Below the pieces are notes generated by a model, which worked only from the letters and a program-made list of their open reading frames with translations, had not been told where the DNA came from and searched no databases. Both the position numbers and the translations under genes were made by a program. From an uncultured Erysipelotrichaceae bacterium (GTDB lineage Bacteria; Bacillota_I; Bacilli_A; RF39; UBA660), in the NCBI GenBank assembly GCA_948442015.1, contig CAOJRP010000002.1, positions 9,841 to 73,840 of the forward strand: a DNA stretch of 64,000 nucleotides, given 5' to 3'. This document shows positions 59,363-64,000 of the stretch, piece by piece (position 1 is the first letter of the stretch; the number at the start of each line of letters is the position of its first letter).

Positions 59363-60098
59363 AATAGATATTTCCACGTATCTATTTATTTTACTAGCTT
59401 TTTTAGCTGGATATATTAAAAGTATTTTACTTATTTATTTAATTGTCATTATTCATGAATTTGGGCATTTCTTCTTTTTTAAAATATTTAAAATTAATGT
59501 CATTAAGATGGTTATTTATCCTTTTGGAGGGATAACTATTGTTGATAAAAAAATCCATGAAAGAATTTATAAAACAATAATATGTAGTTTAGGTGGTTTA
59601 ATATTTCAAATATTTTTATTTTTTATTTTTCTTTTTTTATTAAAATATAACTTTATTAATAATTATACTTTTACTTTATTTAAAACTTATAATCTAACTC
59701 TTTTTCTTTTTAATTTACTACCAATAATACCTTTAGATGGTAGTAAAATCTATTTTGCAATTCTAACCAAATATATTTCTTTTAGATTAAGTTATTATTT
59801 AATGCTAATATTAAATATGATCTTTCTAATTCTATTTGTAAGCTATATTATGATATTTAGAGTAAATGATTTTATCTTAATAACTTTTTTAGTATTAGAG
59901 TATATAAAAGAAATTAAAAATTTTAAATATACTATCAATAAGTTTTATTTAGAAAGAATATTATCACCCCATTTTTATAATGCTATTATAAATAATTGTT
60001 CTAATATTAATCATTTTAAAATTAATAAGTTCTATTACTTAAAAGAAGATAATAAATATATTAATGAAAAAGATTATTTATTAAAGTATTACTTTTAA
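59343..60098 (+). CDS. M50 site-2 protease family protein (SpoIVFB-like)
   Basis: HEFGHFFFF (HExxH in a TM segment) and NLLPIIPLDGSK (NxxPxxxLDG). Confidence 0.85.
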   Translation: MKNTLIKIDISTYLFILLAFLAGYIKSILLIYLIVIIHEFGHFFFFKIFKINVIKMVIYPFGGITIVDKKIHERIYKTIICSLGGLIFQIFLFFIFLFLLKYNFINNYTFTLFKTYNLTLFLFNLLPIIPLDGSKIYFAILTKYISFRLSYYLMLILNMIFLILFVSYIMIFRVNDFILITFLVLEYIKEIKNFKYTINKFYLERILSPHFYNAIINNCSNINHFKINKFYYLKEDNKYINEKDYLLKYYF

Positions 60099-60149
60099 TA
60101 TATTAGAATTTAAGGTATAATTTAAAAGAGAGAAGTTTGATGTATTTAT

Positions 60150-61466
60150 ATGAAAAATAATTTGAAATTAATTAGTATTATTTTCTTTTTTTGTTTATCT
60201 AGTTTTATAATTTATGTTATTCCTTTGCAAGTGAAATCTATTATTTTAATAAATGAAGTAGAAATCACTAATATTAGTTTAGTATCCCAAGAAGAAAATA
60301 GTGTAAAAGTAGCAATAAAACCATCTAAAGAGGAAAAATATTGTTCTTTAGATGATGACTTTTTTATCGAAATGCAAGATAACATTTGTACTATGTCTGT
60401 TTCTAAAAAAGGAGATAGTAATATTTATTTTAAAGATGAAAGAGAAATTATCTCAAAACCTTTAAAAATAGATAATTATGTTTTAGATATTCAAATTGAT
60501 GATATCTATTATTTAGCTTTAGGAAGTTTTTTAGATTTAAAGGATACTATTACTTATATTGGTAATAAAAAGTTAACTTATGATTATGATGAAACGATTA
60601 TTGATGTTTTAAATAATGAATTTATAACTTTAAAAAGTGGCGAAACATCTTTAGAAATTAAGTATGATAATGAAGTGATTAAAAAAAGTAAAATCATTGT
60701 CAGTGATTTAATAGAAAAACCAGTTATTAACGCCCGAAAGAAACAATTAGGTTGTAAGATATATAGTGAAGAACAAGCTAATATGCTAGATGAGATCTTA
60801 GCTTCCGGAATCAAAAAAGCAGGGAATAGTACTAGAGCAGGAGTAGTGGCAGCAGCCCGATTTTTAACTTTAGAATTTCCTTATCGTATACCTTACTTTT
60901 ATGAAAATGGTCGTTTGCATGAGAGTAGCTCGCATCATGCTGATGGGGAAGGAAGATACTATCATGTTGGGTTATACTTACATAAGAATAAATTTTCTTC
61001 AATAACTAAGAAAGTTGCTGGTCCTTCTATTTGGGGATGTGGTCTTACTAATTACCAGCCGAATCCTCCTAATTATATACCTCTTGAAAAAATACCTAAT
61101 GGTCTTGATTGTAGTGGCTTTGTTTCATGGGCAATATTAAATGGCGGATTTGATATAGGAGATTTAGGAGCAGGACCAACAAATTATAATTATGAATTAC
61201 CTGATACTGGAGAATTTGTAAAGTTAACAAAAGAAAATATTGTTTCTAATATAATTAAGCCAGGGGATTTATTAAGTATGCAAGGTCATATAGCGATAAT
61301 TATTGGAATAGATGAAAATAATATTTATGTCGCTGAATCATTACCTAGATTTAAAGGAGTGGTTGCAAATGTTTATAATAAAAATAAAATATCTAAAACT
61401 TTTTCTCATGTTATTTTAATGGATAGAGTTTATGAGATAGATGGCAATTTAACTAACATGTGGTAA
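60150..61466 (+). CDS. secreted NlpC/P60 (C40) cell-wall hydrolase
   Basis: Signal/TM N-terminus. Catalytic GLDCSGFVSWAIL Cys and GDLLSMQGHIAIIIG His. Confidence 0.8.
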   Translation: MKNNLKLISIIFFFCLSSFIIYVIPLQVKSIILINEVEITNISLVSQEENSVKVAIKPSKEEKYCSLDDDFFIEMQDNICTMSVSKKGDSNIYFKDEREIISKPLKIDNYVLDIQIDDIYYLALGSFLDLKDTITYIGNKKLTYDYDETIIDVLNNEFITLKSGETSLEIKYDNEVIKKSKIIVSDLIEKPVINARKKQLGCKIYSEEQANMLDEILASGIKKAGNSTRAGVVAAARFLTLEFPYRIPYFYENGRLHESSSHHADGEGRYYHVGLYLHKNKFSSITKKVAGPSIWGCGLTNYQPNPPNYIPLEKIPNGLDCSGFVSWAILNGGFDIGDLGAGPTNYNYELPDTGEFVKLTKENIVSNIIKPGDLLSMQGHIAIIIGIDENNIYVAESLPRFKGVVANVYNKNKISKTFSHVILMDRVYEIDGNLTNMW

Positions 61467-61528
61467 ATACATTTGACTTTATTTAATCTAATTTGCACAT
61501 ACTATTAAAAAAATCGTGGAGTGATAAA

Positions 61529-61764
61529 GTGAAACTACAGGCTGATGAGTATTCAACTGAAGAAATATTAAAAATTTTGAGAGAGTGGACTGGACTAACT
61601 CAAAAAGAATTTAGAAAAATAATTAATAGAATGAACATGGTATTCAAGCCTTGGAAACTGGATATAGACACTTAACTGTAGATACTTTACTACAAATTGC
61701 TAAAACTCATATAAAAATAGTAATGACTAAAAAATACTTCAAGGTAAGTAATATTTTTTGTTGA
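61529..61764 (+). pseudogene. frameshifted XRE-family HTH regulator
   Basis: GTG 61529 opens VKLQADEYSTEEILKILREWTGLTQKEF. The HTH continues in another frame from 61633 (EHGIQALETGYRHLTVDTLLQIAKTH...) to the TGA at 61762-61764. The break is near the A-run at 61613-61630. Confidence 0.55.
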
Positions 61765-61927
61765 AAAAAAGAACTTCAAAAAAATTTTTTGTTTAAATAT
61801 TTTTATGATATAAACTCTTTTAGAACATCATATCATTGAAGAGAAATCAAGACCTTCTAAGAATAACTACATAATTAAAATTGTCTTTTTCTTCAATTTT
61901 TCTTCTTAAAAGTGTGTTATAATTTTA

Positions 61928-62533
61928 ATGGTGAGAAAAGTGAAATTAGGAGTTAGAAATTTAATAATTAATGTAATGCCCATCTTATTTTTCTATTTAG
62001 AAATAATCGTTTTAGGAATGCCTAAATATTCATTATTTTTATTAATAATAAACTGTTTCTTAATATTTATTTCTTCAATATTTTTAGAAAAATTTAATAA
62101 TGGCTTTACTTTGATAAAAGAACAATTATTAATAGATATAATGAGTATTTTTACAAATTTTTTCTTAATTTCTGGCATTTATATTTATTTACATGGTAAT
62201 GGAACATTAATTAGTTACAGCAATTCTTTAATATTTTTGCTACTAAATTTAATTAATATTTTTAATTATTTACTAAGAATGACAGATAATAATTCTCTTT
62301 CCAATATAAGAAAAAAAACAAGTGTAATTATAATTTTAATAAATATAATATTTAGTTTAGTAATTATATATATACCAGTTCTTAATAAATTATTTAATAC
62401 TACTACTTTATATTTAAAAGAAATAATTGTATTATTAATACTAAGTTATATATTTGTTTGTTGGTATGATATTATAAAAATAGTAAGGAGAAAAAAGTAT
62501 GGGCAAAAAGAAATTAAAATCAAAGAGGATTAA
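61928..62533 (+). CDS. stand-alone membrane protein resembling the C-terminal TM bundle of P-type cation ATPases (possible gene remnant)
   Basis: IIYIPVLNKLFNTTTLYLKEIIVLLILSYIFVCWYDIIKIVRRKK resembles the Cation_ATPase_C terminus (...vP.l...F.t.pL...ew...l..s.......E..K...r). Confidence 0.5.
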   Translation: MVRKVKLGVRNLIINVMPILFFYLEIIVLGMPKYSLFLLIINCFLIFISSIFLEKFNNGFTLIKEQLLIDIMSIFTNFFLISGIYIYLHGNGTLISYSNSLIFLLLNLINIFNYLLRMTDNNSLSNIRKKTSVIIILINIIFSLVIIYIPVLNKLFNTTTLYLKEIIVLLILSYIFVCWYDIIKIVRRKKYGQKEIKIKED

Positions 62534-62918
62534 TAGTGTTTTAGCAATTTTATGCTTTGGTTTAGCTTCTACATTTATTTTACTAAGTTTAGTAAGCTAT
62601 AAAAAAGAAAGAGATTTTTTTAATAATGCTATCAAAGTAGAAGGTTATATATTTGGAGTTAGAAAGAAATCTTCTAAAGAATATGCTTTTGAGTATAAAT
62701 ACGTTGTTAATAATGAAATCTATAAAACATACTTAAGTAATTATAAAACAGAACAAGAATTAAAAGATTATGATCCATTTATGGTCTACTATGAAAAAGA
62801 TAACCCAGAAAATAACGTAATCAGTGAACCAAAAATAACTAAAGTATTTATAACAATTCCTTTTTCTTTAATTTTATTTATTTTAGGTATTTGGAGTTTA
62901 AGAAGAAAAAAGTTATAA
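62499..62918 (+). CDS. DUF3592-like two-TM protein
   Basis: TM - beta-rich domain (VEGYIFGV...) - TM architecture, with RBS AAGGAG. Confidence 0.5.
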   Translation: MGKKKLKSKRINSVLAILCFGLASTFILLSLVSYKKERDFFNNAIKVEGYIFGVRKKSSKEYAFEYKYVVNNEIYKTYLSNYKTEQELKDYDPFMVYYEKDNPENNVISEPKITKVFITIPFSLILFILGIWSLRRKKL

Positions 62919-62941
62919 TAGAAAGAAAGAGGCGAAGATTT

Positions 62942-63931
62942 ATGGATGATATGTTATATTTAAAAAGTATTTGTGAGGATTTATCTTTTGGATCCCTTTT
63001 AGAAGTTCCTGAAAGAATTAAAAAAGCTTTAGAATATAAAGTTTATAAAATAGCAACAGAACAAGGGACTTTCTCCATTAAAATTTTTAATAAAGAATTT
63101 ATTAGTAATGAACAAGATATAGCACAAATTAACTTATCTCTTAATTTAGAAAAAAAATTAAAAGAACATAATATAGATATCTTTGTCGCTAATTCTTACA
63201 ATGGAGAAAAGCTACAAAAATGCGGTGATAGATATTTTCTAGTTTATGATTTTGTCTTCGGAAAATCAATCGAATCTCACAATGTTTTGTTAGAACAATG
63301 CCGTATAATTGGTGCTCTTCTTGCTAAAATCCATAACGTTCATTATAAAGAATTAGAAAAAGTTACTCTTCCTTATATGCACATTAGATGGCGAAAATAT
63401 TTACGACTTGCTGAACATAAAGGAAGTTCACTTAGTAAAATATTAAGTGAAAATATTAAAAAATTAGAAAATATTACGGAAAATTGTAATAATTCTTTAA
63501 ATCACTTACCCAATATCGAAACAATATGTCATTCTAATTTAATTTGTAATAATGTTTTATGGACCCAAAATGGTGCTAAAATAAATGGCAATGAGTATCT
63601 AAAATATGGTAATCCCTATATTGATTTATTAAAAACAGCTCTATATTGGGCGGGAGCTTTCGAATATAATATTAATTATAATTTATTTAACTATCTAATA
63701 AAAGAATATTATAAAGATAAAGTAAGACCAAAACTTGATTGGAGTATTGTTTATCAAGTCATGTATAAAGATATGTTAAGACAGTTAGAACGATATATAA
63801 AAATGGCTTTAATGATTGATACTAATCAAGAAGAAAATAAAGAAAAAGGAGAAGAATTAGCCGAAAAGTTAATTAAGGAGATTATTTACTATAACACTAT
63901 AAAAGATGAAATTATTTCAAGGTTAAATTAA
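62942..63931 (+). CDS. aminoglycoside phosphotransferase/CotS-like kinase-fold protein, predicted inactive
   Basis: Kinase-like layout (FSIKIFN Lys; LLAKIHN). The Brenner motif reads ICHSNLICNNVLW (H-x-N instead of H-x-D), and the metal-binding IDFE equivalent reads INGNE. Confidence 0.6.
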   Translation: MDDMLYLKSICEDLSFGSLLEVPERIKKALEYKVYKIATEQGTFSIKIFNKEFISNEQDIAQINLSLNLEKKLKEHNIDIFVANSYNGEKLQKCGDRYFLVYDFVFGKSIESHNVLLEQCRIIGALLAKIHNVHYKELEKVTLPYMHIRWRKYLRLAEHKGSSLSKILSENIKKLENITENCNNSLNHLPNIETICHSNLICNNVLWTQNGAKINGNEYLKYGNPYIDLLKTALYWAGAFEYNINYNLFNYLIKEYYKDKVRPKLDWSIVYQVMYKDMLRQLERYIKMALMIDTNQEENKEKGEELAEKLIKEIIYYNTIKDEIISRLN

Positions 63932-64000
63932 AGGTGATTTAATATCTAAAATAAAAGATAAAATCTCTTGAAGAAGTATTACCTATACGATTAAACAAAT

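Noticed and set aside
61613-61640. Programmed ribosomal frameshift in the XRE gene.
   Set aside because: There is no slippery heptamer plus stimulatory structure. For a small regulator next to another apparent gene remnant, decay or a homopolymer sequencing error is more likely.

Overview
AT-rich window from a cell-walled, low-GC Firmicutes-type chromosome. It uses the standard code: TGA is a stop (for example fmt and the 8017 gene) and Trp is TGG. Nearly all genes are on the + strand; only two real genes are on the - strand.

Housekeeping content:
- CIRCE-controlled hrcA-grpE-(extra ORF)-dnaK-dnaJ operon.
- rplU-prp-rpmA behind an L21-leader-like 5' UTR, then a stand-alone TnpB element, trmB and obg.
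- priA, murF-ddl and fmt.
- Phospholipid genes (a pgsA-like transferase and a glycerophosphodiesterase).
- T-box(Val)-valS, an ABC-F ATPase and proS.
- radC-mreC-mreD followed by a SpoIVFA-like/SpoIVFB-like pair and an NlpC/P60 hydrolase.

Accessory or unusual content:
- A ~1280-aa protein made of about 11 tandem sigma-70 region-4-like modules. It is translationally coupled to a divergent sigma-like protein and followed by membrane proteins and a small envelope-glycopolymer module (phosphoglycosyl transferase, LCP, VanZ).
- A thioester-domain adhesin with a non-canonical sorting signal.
- A Tad-type secretion/pilus operon (TadZ-like, CpaF, TadB, TadC) with no recognisable Flp pilin or prepilin peptidase.
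- A type I toxin-antitoxin-like module: a 26-aa hydrophobic peptide with a convergent small RNA that has its own promoter and terminator.
- Two paralogous secreted proteins with TasA/SipW-like N-termini.
- An orphan PilB/GspE-type ATPase with an Asn/Gln/Met-rich tail.
- WG-repeat membrane proteins.
- Two divergent transglutaminase-like proteins.
- A predicted pseudokinase.
- A short decaying region with a frameshifted XRE gene and a stand-alone P-type-ATPase C-terminal fragment.

No rRNA, tRNA or CRISPR array was seen. All functional calls rest on motifs read from the translations and on synteny. No database search could be run.
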